From Erysipelotrichaceae bacterium (GTDB taxonomy: Bacteria > Bacillota_I > Bacilli_A > Erysipelotrichales > Erysipelotrichaceae): a stretch of 32,000 bases of DNA. Every line of letters starts with the position of its first letter. The first letter of the stretch is position 1. The stretch is taken from assembly GCA_963663995.1 (NCBI GenBank), contig OY760660.1, forward strand, positions 360,001 to 392,000. Reading direction: 5' to 3'. The notes beneath the pieces were generated by a model. That model searched no databases. It saw nothing but the letters and a program-made list of their open reading frames with translations, and was not told the DNA's origin. The translations under genes and the position numbers were made by a program. Below are positions 10,914-18,715 of this stretch, in pieces.

Positions 10914-10970
10914 AATCACATGTTAATGATAAAATTTGAAATTTTCCATTAATATGACTAAGTATATTGG

Positions 10971-11000
10971 TTGAACATATCACTTAGTAACGGTTAAAAT
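10971..11000 (+). promoter_or_regulatory. Candidate promoter for the lactonase gene (TTGAAC, 18 nt, TAAAAT)
   Basis: -35 TTGAAC at 10971-10976 and -10 TAAAAT at 10995-11000. SD GAGG at 11007-11010. ATG at 11019. Confidence 0.5.
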
Positions 11001-11018
11001 AACATCGAGGTTAAGAAA

Positions 11019-11975
11019 ATGAAATTCAAAATTGGAACGTATACAAAGAAAACAAGTGAAGGAATTTATCTTGCAGAACTTAATAATGACAAAATTAGTT
11101 TAGAACTATGGAATAAGGCGGATAACCCTACTTATTTAGATGAAAGTGGAGATGCAGTTTTCTCAGTTGTCAAAGAAGGTGATAAAGGGGGAGTAGCCTA
11201 TTTCAATAAAGGTGAACTTGTTAATCAAGTAACTGAACTTGGAGCACCTCCATGCTATGTATCTTATGATAAAGTTAATGGCTTAGTTTACTCTGCAAAT
11301 TATCATGGTGGAAGGATTAATACATATAAACTTCTTGATGGAAAACTCGTAGATCATGAGAAATTTACATATCCTGAAGGTTCGAAAGCTCACTATGTCG
11401 TTTTTTCAAAAGAATTAAATGAAGTAGTTGTTTGTAATTTAGGCAATGATGAAGTCTATTTCTATGCTGTAAATAATCAAAATCTAGAATTAAAACATAC
11501 TTATAAAGCAGCACAAGGAAGTGGTCCAAGACATGCTGTTGTACATCCTAAATCAAAATTTGTTTATATATTTACTGAACTATCTTCTGAAGTTATTGTT
11601 TTAAAGCGTACTGAGGAAGGAGTAGAAGTCAAACAAATCATTTCTTGTTTAGATGATGTAAATGCAAAACGTTGGGGCGCTGCCATTCGTTTATCTCCAG
11701 ATGCTAAATATTTATATGTATCAAATCGTGGTCATGATTCAATCACTGTTTTCAAAGTTAATGGTGATGTTCTATCTTGGGTAGAAAATGTACCAAGTTA
11801 TGGTGTACAACCACGTGACTTTAATATTTCTCCATGTGGAGAGTATGTAGTTGTTGGTAACTTAGATTCAAATAATCTTGTTTTATTTAGAAGAGATGAG
11901 AAAAGCGGACGTTTAACTCTTATCGAAAAAGATATTGAGGCATTTGAACCAGTATGTATTTTATTTGAAGAATGA
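11019..11975 (+). CDS. Lactonase family protein (7-bladed beta-propeller, 6-phosphogluconolactonase-like)
   Basis: 318 aa. Repeated propeller motifs typical of the YkgB/Pgl lactonase family: DNPTYL, GSGPRHAVVHPKSKFVYIFTELSSEV, IRLSPDAKYLYVSNRGHDSITVF, GVQPRDFNISPCGEYVVVGN. Confidence 0.8.
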   Translation: MKFKIGTYTKKTSEGIYLAELNNDKISLELWNKADNPTYLDESGDAVFSVVKEGDKGGVAYFNKGELVNQVTELGAPPCYVSYDKVNGLVYSANYHGGRINTYKLLDGKLVDHEKFTYPEGSKAHYVVFSKELNEVVVCNLGNDEVYFYAVNNQNLELKHTYKAAQGSGPRHAVVHPKSKFVYIFTELSSEVIVLKRTEEGVEVKQIISCLDDVNAKRWGAAIRLSPDAKYLYVSNRGHDSITVFKVNGDVLSWVENVPSYGVQPRDFNISPCGEYVVVGNLDSNNLVLFRRDEKSGRLTLIEKDIEAFEPVCILFEE

Positions 11976-11996
11976 CACGTGTCATTCTTTTTTTTC
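11969..11996 (+). terminator. Rho-independent terminator after the lactonase gene
   Basis: Perfect palindrome AGAAUGACAC/GUGUCAUUCU (11969-11988) followed by a U tract that reaches 11995. The stem includes the TGA stop at 11973-11975. Confidence 0.8.
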
Positions 11997-12023
11997 GTTA
12001 AAATAGAAACAGTGGAGGTTTAT

Positions 12024-12539
12024 ATGAAAAAATTATTTATGATTCACTTAGGTGGAAAAGCAAAAGGCGCATTAATCGAAGTACATGATGTTCAATTTGT
12101 AATTGCTGAAAAGATAGAAGATTGTGAGAGATCACTAAGAGATCATTGGTATGGTTTGGATTTAAAATGTCATATTGATAGTTATAAAGTCATTGAGAAT
12201 GTTAAAGATTATAAAATTTCAATCGTTGATAATGAAATTAAACAAGATGAACATTTATATTTTTGTCATATAGGTTCTTATAGTGAACAGTTAATGGAGG
12301 AGAATCATCAATTTACTTTAATTGTTGATATAGATATTGAGTTAGCTAAAGAATCAGTTAAATTGAATGTTTTTAATAATCAAAAACAAGCTCATATTGA
12401 TTCAATTATTAATGTAAGTGAAAGTCCTTTATTAAATGCTCAAGAGAATGGCTATATCTATTTAGAAAAAAGTAATAAAAACTTTGATTTAAAGCCTGAT
12501 TGGCAAGGTTATAGAAGAATTGATATTCAAAAAGACTAA
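12024..12539 (+). CDS. Uncharacterised protein, DUF1543-like, apparently two tandem copies of the domain
   Basis: Start at ATG 12024 behind SD GGAGG (12014-12018). N-terminal MKKLFMIHLGGKAKGALIEVHDVQFVIAE...HIDSYKVI matches my recollection of the DUF1543 signature. A degenerate second copy follows (LYFCHIGSYSEQLMEENHQFTLIV...HIDSIINV). Confidence 0.6.
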   Translation: MKKLFMIHLGGKAKGALIEVHDVQFVIAEKIEDCERSLRDHWYGLDLKCHIDSYKVIENVKDYKISIVDNEIKQDEHLYFCHIGSYSEQLMEENHQFTLIVDIDIELAKESVKLNVFNNQKQAHIDSIINVSESPLLNAQENGYIYLEKSNKNFDLKPDWQGYRRIDIQKD

Positions 12540-12559
12540 AAGGGTTATAAGTTATTTAG

Positions 12560-12568
12560 TGATAGAAT
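12560..12568 (+). promoter_or_regulatory. Candidate extended -10 promoter for ald (TGaTAGAAT)
   Basis: TGATAGAAT at 12560-12568, about 30 nt upstream of the ald ATG. SD GAGG at 12586-12589. No clear -35. Confidence 0.4.
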
Positions 12569-12598
12569 AAAGTTAGTAGATGTGTGAGGTTTACACTT

Positions 12599-13702
12599 AT
12601 GAAAATTGGTTGTGTTAAAGAAATAAAAACACAAGAGTATCGAGTTGGCTTAATTCCTGAACATGTCCATGCCTTTATCGAACATGGACATGAAGTATAT
12701 ATCGAAACAGGAGCAGGTTTAGGTTCTGGATTTAGCGATGAATCTTACCAAATAATGGGCGCAAAAATTATCGAAAAAGCTCAAGAAGTTTGGCAAGAAG
12801 TTGATTTATTAATTAAAGTTAAAGAACCTTTGGAAAGTGAATATCCATACTTTCGCAAAGATTTAATACTTTTTACTTATTTGCATTTAGCTGCCAATGA
12901 AAAACTCACAAAAGCTTTATTGGATTCTAAAATGACAGCTTTAGCTTATGAAACATTAGAAGTTGATAATACTTTACCCTTACTACGACCTATGAGTGAA
13001 ATAGCTGGGCGTTTAAGTGTACAAGAAGCAGCGAAGTTTTTAGAAAAACCAATGGGTGGCAAAGGGATACTATTAGCAGGTGTGCCTGGAGTTAAAAAAG
13101 GACACATTTTAATATTAGGTGCTGGTAATGCCGGTATGAACGCCGCAAAAGTAGCTGTTGGTATGGGTGCAAATGTAACAATCATGGACAAGAATATTCA
13201 GAAATTAGAATATATTGAACATGTCTATGGCGATCGAATTCAAACCCTTTATAGTACGAAAGCGATGATTGAATCGATTTTACCTACAGTTGATGCGGTA
13301 ATAGGGGCTGTTTTAGTGGCCGGCGCAAAAGCACCTAAATTAATCAGTCGACAACAATTATCACTGATGGAAAAAGGATCGATATTGGTAGATATCGCTA
13401 TTGATCAAGGTGGCTGTTTTGAAATGAGCCAGCCAACAACACATGATCAACCTGTTTTCACAGTTGATGGGATAACCCACTATTGTGTTGCGAATATGCC
13501 AGGAGCCGTTGCGATGACTTCCACCATCTCTTTAACAAACGCAGCTTTTCATTACGAATTGTTAATTGCGGATCATGGTTTAAAAAAAGCTGTTTTACTA
13601 GATAAACATTTAAAAACAGCAATAAATACCTATAATGGAGACTGTATTCACCCAGCAGTTGCACAAACGTTTGGATTGGGCGTAAAATTATACAATGTTT
13701 AG
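12599..13702 (+). CDS. ald: Alanine dehydrogenase
   Basis: 367 aa from MKIGCVKEIKTQEYRVGL. NAD-binding GAGNAGMNAAKVAVGMGA. VDIAIDQGGC and HYCVANMPGAV are typical of Ald. The track start at 12584 is an upstream in-frame GTG extension. Confidence 0.93.
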   Translation: MKIGCVKEIKTQEYRVGLIPEHVHAFIEHGHEVYIETGAGLGSGFSDESYQIMGAKIIEKAQEVWQEVDLLIKVKEPLESEYPYFRKDLILFTYLHLAANEKLTKALLDSKMTALAYETLEVDNTLPLLRPMSEIAGRLSVQEAAKFLEKPMGGKGILLAGVPGVKKGHILILGAGNAGMNAAKVAVGMGANVTIMDKNIQKLEYIEHVYGDRIQTLYSTKAMIESILPTVDAVIGAVLVAGAKAPKLISRQQLSLMEKGSILVDIAIDQGGCFEMSQPTTHDQPVFTVDGITHYCVANMPGAVAMTSTISLTNAAFHYELLIADHGLKKAVLLDKHLKTAINTYNGDCIHPAVAQTFGLGVKLYNV

Positions 13703-15128
13703 TTATCATTATTCAGATTTAAGAGCTTTTTCAACTTGCCCTAAAATGTTTTGGCAAAGATTAAGAGCGGAAAGACCTGCTCATTTTTCTTTTACCCAAA
13801 TGCAAATGTCATTGAAAGACGCTTTAATCGAAAAAATAGGTCTAGAAGACTATGTTATGGGCGAAAGAGGGATGGATACTGATTTATCCCTTGAATATCT
13901 AAAAAGCAATGAGTGGGTTTTAAATGCTCGATTTGAATATGCAGGTTTAAGAGTAAAAGTTCCAGCTATTCATGTTTTAGAAGATGGTATTGAAGTGTAT
14001 TTTACTTCTTTATCAATGAACCCAAAAATTGAAGATAGAACTTATTACGCAAGTATTATCTATGTCCTTGAAAATAATGATTTGAATATAAAACAAGTTA
14101 ATGTCATGTATTTTAATAAACACTATATGCGTGAAGATGAGTTAAATATCCATGAATGTTTTAATTTATCATCTCGTTTTCTTAAATTAAGTGGTTTTGA
14201 TCAAGGTGATATTTTAGATTTATGTCATAAAAAGAATTTATCCATAGAAAAAAATGTAAAACAAATGGAAGTCATTCAAACGTTTGATGTCTTTGATTTT
14301 GAACTTGAAGATTGCCCTTTAGGTCAACGCTGTTCATTCTTTAAGGACTGTTTTCCTGAATTTAAAGAAGAACCCCTTAGTATTTCTAAGAAATTAATTG
14401 ACCGTTATGAAAACCCTGAGAAATATAGCGCACCATTAAGTCGTTCTGATTATGCACAATTACAAACATACTTAACACATCAACGCTTTGTTGATCGCTT
14501 AGCTTTAGGAAACTGGTTAAAAACATATGATAAAACTGTTATTTCTTTCGTTGACTTTGAATGGGATAATTTTGGAATTCCTCCTTATCAAGGTATGAAA
14601 GCTTTTGACGTTTTACCTTTTCAATATTCACTTCATGTATTAGAAAATGGTGAACTTAAACATCATGAATTTCTAGGTGAAGGGGATACTAGACGTGCTT
14701 TTATTGAATCACTTTTAAATGATATGCCTAAAGAAGGACCCATCTTTGCCTACAATGCCTTTGGGGCAGAAGTAATACGTTTAAAAGAACTAGCAAATCA
14801 CTTTGTTGAATATAAAGAAGAGATCGAAGAGCTTATTTCTCGCTTTGTAGATTTAGCCACTTTGTTTGTCTCTGGTGTTATATATGATGAAAAGATGGAA
14901 GGTCAATTCTCATTAAAACAAATCATTAAAGTTATTGATCCTAATTTAACTTACGAAAACTTAGCAATTTCTCATGGTATGGAAGCAGTAGCTCATTATC
15001 GAATTATGCAAGATGAAGAAAGTGATGAAATAACACGACAAGCACTCCTTTCATATTGTCGAATGGATACCTATGCGATGGTAAAAGTTTTTGAATGGGT
15101 AAAAGAAATCTATCGGGAGATTGATTAA
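13695..15128 (+). CDS. DUF2779-like protein: N-terminal Cas4/RecB-like Cys-cluster domain fused to a C-terminal RNase-H-fold (PolB-type DEDD) exonuclease domain
   Basis: 477 aa.
- N-terminal part: YSDLRAFSTCPKMFWQRL plus CPLGQRCSFFKDC.
- C-terminal part: VDFEWD, PFQYSLH, YNAFGAEVIRL, SLKQI, YCRMDTYAMV.
- The ATG at 13695 lies 8 nt inside the end of ald.
- Family names are from memory, not from a search. Confidence 0.7.
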   Translation: MFSYHYSDLRAFSTCPKMFWQRLRAERPAHFSFTQMQMSLKDALIEKIGLEDYVMGERGMDTDLSLEYLKSNEWVLNARFEYAGLRVKVPAIHVLEDGIEVYFTSLSMNPKIEDRTYYASIIYVLENNDLNIKQVNVMYFNKHYMREDELNIHECFNLSSRFLKLSGFDQGDILDLCHKKNLSIEKNVKQMEVIQTFDVFDFELEDCPLGQRCSFFKDCFPEFKEEPLSISKKLIDRYENPEKYSAPLSRSDYAQLQTYLTHQRFVDRLALGNWLKTYDKTVISFVDFEWDNFGIPPYQGMKAFDVLPFQYSLHVLENGELKHHEFLGEGDTRRAFIESLLNDMPKEGPIFAYNAFGAEVIRLKELANHFVEYKEEIEELISRFVDLATLFVSGVIYDEKMEGQFSLKQIIKVIDPNLTYENLAISHGMEAVAHYRIMQDEESDEITRQALLSYCRMDTYAMVKVFEWVKEIYREID

Positions 15129-16111
15129 TGCCAAATTATATAACTCATGCATTATGCGCAAATGATATTTTGCAAGATTTGAATTCAAATAAAATGGTTC
15201 AACTCATCCAAAAATATCCACAAGTCTATGCTTTAGGAAGTAGTGGTCCAGATTTTTTATTTTACTACCGTACTTTCCCATGGCAAGATCAATCACAAAA
15301 TAAAACGGTACATAATGTAGGCAACATTGTGCATTCTGAGAAGATAAATGATTTTTACAAAGAAGCTCTACGTTTTTGTATGCACGAAACAAGTGAAGAA
15401 AAAAGAAATATTCAACTCGTCTATTTAGCGGGTCATTTAATGCATTATGCCTTAGATACAATTGCGCATCCATTTGTTTTCTTTCACTCCGGTGAAATGA
15501 AAGGTGAGACAAAGTATTGGCATTATCGCTTAGAATCAATGATCGATACAGTTATGGTTAAACAAATTAAAGAGCTTGATTTAGCGCATGTTGATGCTGT
15601 GGGTATGGTAAGTTCGACCTATAAAGTCAGAAAAATATTATCAGCCTTTTATGCGCAAACAGTAAAAGAGGTATATGGGATAGATTTAGATCATTCTGTT
15701 TATGAAGAATGTTTTGAGACAACACCTAAAGTTGTTAAGTGGTTGTTTGATCCACATAATTTAAAATTTGCTTGGATTCAAGCAGGGGAAAGAGCGTCTA
15801 AAAATGATTGGCTTTTTAGTTCTCATATGGTCACTGGTAAATTAGATAAGAAACATGATGTTTTGAACTTAAAACATCATGTTTGGAATCACCCTAGTGA
15901 TGAAATTGAAGTTTCAACCGAAAGTTTTTTAGACCTATATGATAAGGCAATTATTAAGGGGCAAAGTATTTTAGAAGCTTTAAATAAATTATTCTTTGAA
16001 AAAGGTTCGCTTGTGGACGTTTTAAATGTGATTGGTAATCTTAGTTACGATACAGGTAAAGAAAATGCTGCCCCTATGCAATTCTATGGAAGTATATATG
16101 AAGATCATTGA
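15128..16111 (+). CDS. Zinc-dependent phospholipase C / P1-nuclease superfamily protein, cytoplasmic, function unknown
   Basis: 327 aa with no signal peptide. Candidate trinuclear-zinc ligands in the family order: H7 (ITHAL), D42 (GPDF), H69, H106-x3-D110-x3-H114 (GHLMHYALDTIAHP), H132-x3-E136 (WHYRLE). The ATG shares one base with the upstream stop (TAATG). Confidence 0.6.
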   Translation: MPNYITHALCANDILQDLNSNKMVQLIQKYPQVYALGSSGPDFLFYYRTFPWQDQSQNKTVHNVGNIVHSEKINDFYKEALRFCMHETSEEKRNIQLVYLAGHLMHYALDTIAHPFVFFHSGEMKGETKYWHYRLESMIDTVMVKQIKELDLAHVDAVGMVSSTYKVRKILSAFYAQTVKEVYGIDLDHSVYEECFETTPKVVKWLFDPHNLKFAWIQAGERASKNDWLFSSHMVTGKLDKKHDVLNLKHHVWNHPSDEIEVSTESFLDLYDKAIIKGQSILEALNKLFFEKGSLVDVLNVIGNLSYDTGKENAAPMQFYGSIYEDH

Positions 16112-17036
16112 TTTGCATGCAGATATTGGATATCACATTTTAAATGAAAAACATAAGGGTAATGAAGATGTTTTTATTCAGCGTCATATCCCTAAGTTAG
16201 AATCAGGTGAAACATTAGCGGTTGGGATGGTTTCTTTTTTTGAAGGAAAAGAAGATTTAGCATGTGCTTATGAAATGACCCAGTTTTTACATGATCAAAT
16301 AAAAACACATAGTGAAAAAGTTGTACCTTATTTAAAAGGTGAAATGGATCATCAGAAAATTAACGCAATCATGACGATTGAAGGTATGTGTTTTATAAAA
16401 GACGAAGTTGTTTCACATTTAGATCATTTTTATCAATTGGGTGTACGAATTGCATCACTTACCTGGAATGAAGAGAATAACCTAGCAACTGGCGCAAAAA
16501 GTAATCCAAGTCGTGGATTAACTCAACTTGGTATTGAGGCAGTAAAACACATGAATAAAATAGGTATGACATTAGATGTTTCTCATTTAAATGAAAAAAG
16601 TTTTTGGGATGTCTTAAGTGTTTCAACAAAACCAGTTATTGCGACACATTCAAATGCCCGTCGTTTTGCGAATGTAGATCGTAATTTAACGGATCAACAA
16701 ATAAAAGCTTTAATCAATCAAAATGGATTAATCGGTTTAAATGCTGTGCGGTACTTTGTTTCTGATGATGAATATAGCCAAGATGTTGATCACTTAGCTA
16801 AACATGCTCGCTATATTGCAGATATGGGTGGACTTGATTGTATAGCTTGTGGTTTTGATTATATGGATTATTTAGATGAACCATTTGGTGTTCATTCGAT
16901 GGCTAAAGGAATACAAAGTGCTCAACAAAATCAGAATTTAGTTGTGGCATTGGAAAAAGAAGGATTCAATATATCTGAAATAAAAAAAATAACACATATC
17001 AATGCTTTAGATTTCTTTCAGAAAAATTTTCAGTAA
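16098..17036 (+). CDS. Dipeptidase, peptidase family M19 (renal/membrane dipeptidase family)
   Basis: 312 aa from MKIIDLHADIGYHIL. Motifs TWNEENNLATG, DVSHLNEKSFWDV, IATHSNAR, GFDY. The start overlaps the upstream gene by 14 nt. The track start at 16032 is an in-frame extension inside the upstream gene. Confidence 0.85.
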   Translation: MKIIDLHADIGYHILNEKHKGNEDVFIQRHIPKLESGETLAVGMVSFFEGKEDLACAYEMTQFLHDQIKTHSEKVVPYLKGEMDHQKINAIMTIEGMCFIKDEVVSHLDHFYQLGVRIASLTWNEENNLATGAKSNPSRGLTQLGIEAVKHMNKIGMTLDVSHLNEKSFWDVLSVSTKPVIATHSNARRFANVDRNLTDQQIKALINQNGLIGLNAVRYFVSDDEYSQDVDHLAKHARYIADMGGLDCIACGFDYMDYLDEPFGVHSMAKGIQSAQQNQNLVVALEKEGFNISEIKKITHINALDFFQKNFQ

Positions 17037-17080
17037 CAAACACTTTTGGCGCATGTTACCCATATTTTAACACAAAATTT

Positions 17081-17106
17081 AGACATTCATAAGGGATGTC
17101 TTTATT
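17081..17106 (+). terminator. Probable terminator after the dipeptidase gene
   Basis: Stem AGACAUUC (17081-17088) pairs with GGGAUGUCU (17094-17101, one G-U pair) around a 5-nt loop, followed by UUAUU. Confidence 0.55.
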
Positions 17107-17149
17107 CATTTCAGGCGTATAATTAACTTATAAGGAGGATGTGAATTAT

Positions 17150-17683
17150 ATGAAACTCCACATTCATGGTAAAAATGTTACCATAACCCAAGCTATGCAC
17201 GACACAACTGAAAAGAAATTGTCAATGCTCGAAAAGTTCTTCCAAATCGATGAAGACACGAACGCCAATGTCACAGTCAAAGTGTATAATAACTCCCTTA
17301 AGGTAGAAATAACCGTATTTACTAAAGTTGGGGTATTACGTGCTGAAATCCGTAACCCTGATTACTACAATGCTTTAGACTTAGCAATGGATAAACTCGA
17401 AGATCAAATTAGGCGTCAAAAAACACGTCTATCTCGTAAACATAATGAAAAATTATCTAAGAAGTTTGTTGAAGAAAGCATTCAAGCAGTCGAAACAGAA
17501 GAAAATGGTGAAGTCGTTCGTACTAAAACCGTAGACGCTGTTGAAATGTCTCTCGATGATGCGATTATGCAGATGGAAATGCTAGGGCATTCATTCTTCA
17601 TCTATACAGATGAAGAAGATAAAAAAATTGCTGTTGTCTATAAACGCTTAGATGGCGGATATGGACTACTCGAAACAGTTTAA
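17150..17683 (+). CDS. hpf: Ribosome hibernation promoting factor, long form
   Basis: 177 aa. MKLHIHGKNVTITQAMHD and LEDQIRRQKTRL form the N-terminal S30AE/YfiA domain. The C-terminal dimerisation domain reads KTVDAVEMSLDDAIMQMEMLGHSFFIYTDEE...VVYKRLDGGYGLLE. SD AAGGAGG at 17132-17138, TATAAT at 17118-17123. Confidence 0.9.
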   Translation: MKLHIHGKNVTITQAMHDTTEKKLSMLEKFFQIDEDTNANVTVKVYNNSLKVEITVFTKVGVLRAEIRNPDYYNALDLAMDKLEDQIRRQKTRLSRKHNEKLSKKFVEESIQAVETEENGEVVRTKTVDAVEMSLDDAIMQMEMLGHSFFIYTDEEDKKIAVVYKRLDGGYGLLETV

Positions 17684-17692
17684 TAAGTTCTT

Positions 17693-17719
17693 AAAACGGA
17701 TGGCATGCCATCCGTTTTT
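17693..17719 (+). terminator. Rho-independent terminator after hpf
   Basis: Stem AAAACGGAUGG (17693-17703) pairs with CCAUCCGUUUU (17708-17718) around the loop CAUG, with a U tract. Confidence 0.85.
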
Positions 17720-17721
17720 AT

Positions 17722-17730
17722 TGTTATAAT
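17722..17730 (+). promoter_or_regulatory. Candidate extended -10 promoter for sepF-divIVA (TGtTATAAT)
   Basis: TGTTATAAT at 17722-17730, immediately after the hpf terminator. SD AGAGGTG at 17749-17755. Confidence 0.5.
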
Positions 17731-17762
17731 GTCAGTATTGATGAATATAGAGGTGATTGAAT

Positions 17763-18152
17763 ATGGGAATCATGAATAAATTTAAAAATATATTAGCTCC
17801 AGAAGAAGATGAACTAGAGTTTGATGAAGAAGATTTACCGCTAAGTGATTACGAAGCACCAGCTAATAAGAATTTTACTAAAGTCGCAAGTGACACTAAG
17901 ATGGTTTTATTTGAGCCAAGATCTTTTGATGAAGCAGAAGATATAGCACGTCATTTAAAAGATAAAAGAGCAGCTGTTGTTAATCTACATCGCTTAAATC
18001 GTGAATTTTCACAACGAACAATAGATTTTTTAACAGGTGTTATTTTTGCTTTAGATGGATCAATCCAAAAAATTGGAGCGAATGTTATTTTATGTGCACC
18101 TAAAGGTGTAGGTGTTCATGGTAAAATTTCTGTAGAACCTACCGACGAATAG
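17763..18152 (+). CDS. sepF: Cell division protein SepF
   Basis: 129 aa. VLFEPRSFDEAEDIARHLKDKRAAVVNLHRL...RTIDFLTGVIFALDGSIQKIGANVILCAP is the SepF core. Start at ATG 17763, 7 nt after the SD. The track start at 17757 is a TTG. Confidence 0.88.
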   Translation: MGIMNKFKNILAPEEDELEFDEEDLPLSDYEAPANKNFTKVASDTKMVLFEPRSFDEAEDIARHLKDKRAAVVNLHRLNREFSQRTIDFLTGVIFALDGSIQKIGANVILCAPKGVGVHGKISVEPTDE

Positions 18153-18166
18153 AAGTGGAAATACGA

Positions 18167-18715
18167 ATGGACGAAAAGCAAACAAAGTTTCGAATATTAA
18201 AAAAAGGATATGATCGATTTGCGGTTGATAATGAAATTGACCGCTTAACTTTTGATTTGCAACAAAAAGATCAACAACTTTCGTCCTACATGAAAGAAGC
18301 ACAAGCTGCATCTGAACAACTTATTTTAATTAAAGAACGTTATCATTCTTTAATGACAGAACTTAATGTAAGAGAGAAGGCAGCAGATGATATTGCTCGC
18401 TTGGCTTTAAAAGAAGCAAATGCTGTTATCGCATCTGCTCAAAACAATGCCGACACAATTTTAAAAGAAGCCTTAAGTACAGCCAAAATGGTTTTAGTTG
18501 AAATCGCTAGGTTATCAAATGAAGCAAAAGATGTTAAGGCAGATATGAAAGAAAAGCTTGAAGTCTTGACTCAAAGCTTAGAAGCGTTTAAAATTCCTAG
18601 TGTTCCAGCATTGAAAATGATGGATATTTATAACAATAAACAAGACGCGCCACAATTCTTTGATCAACAAGAGAGCTCTGATAATGCTGAAACAGAGCGT
18701 GATGAGAATGAGTGA
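18167..18715 (+). CDS. divIVA: DivIVA domain-containing cell-division/polarity protein
   Basis: The N-terminal FRILKKGYDRFAVDNEIDRL matches the DivIVA lipid-binding domain pattern, followed by a coiled coil and an acidic tail. The start could be ATG 18167 or GTG 18155. Synteny sepF-divIVA-(T-box)-ileS as in Bacillus. Confidence 0.8.
   Translation: MDEKQTKFRILKKGYDRFAVDNEIDRLTFDLQQKDQQLSSYMKEAQAASEQLILIKERYHSLMTELNVREKAADDIARLALKEANAVIASAQNNADTILKEALSTAKMVLVEIARLSNEAKDVKADMKEKLEVLTQSLEAFKIPSVPALKMMDIYNNKQDAPQFFDQQESSDNAETERDENE

Noticed and set aside
10005-17036. Reading the VOC-to-dipeptidase stretch as a mobile or defence island.
   Set aside because: I see no integrase, transposase, flanking direct or inverted repeats, tRNA target, NTPase sensor or toxin-antitoxin signature. 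The flanks are ordinary terminators. Only the DUF2779-like and PLC-fold pair remains unexplained, and that pair is reported as a finding without claiming a defence function.
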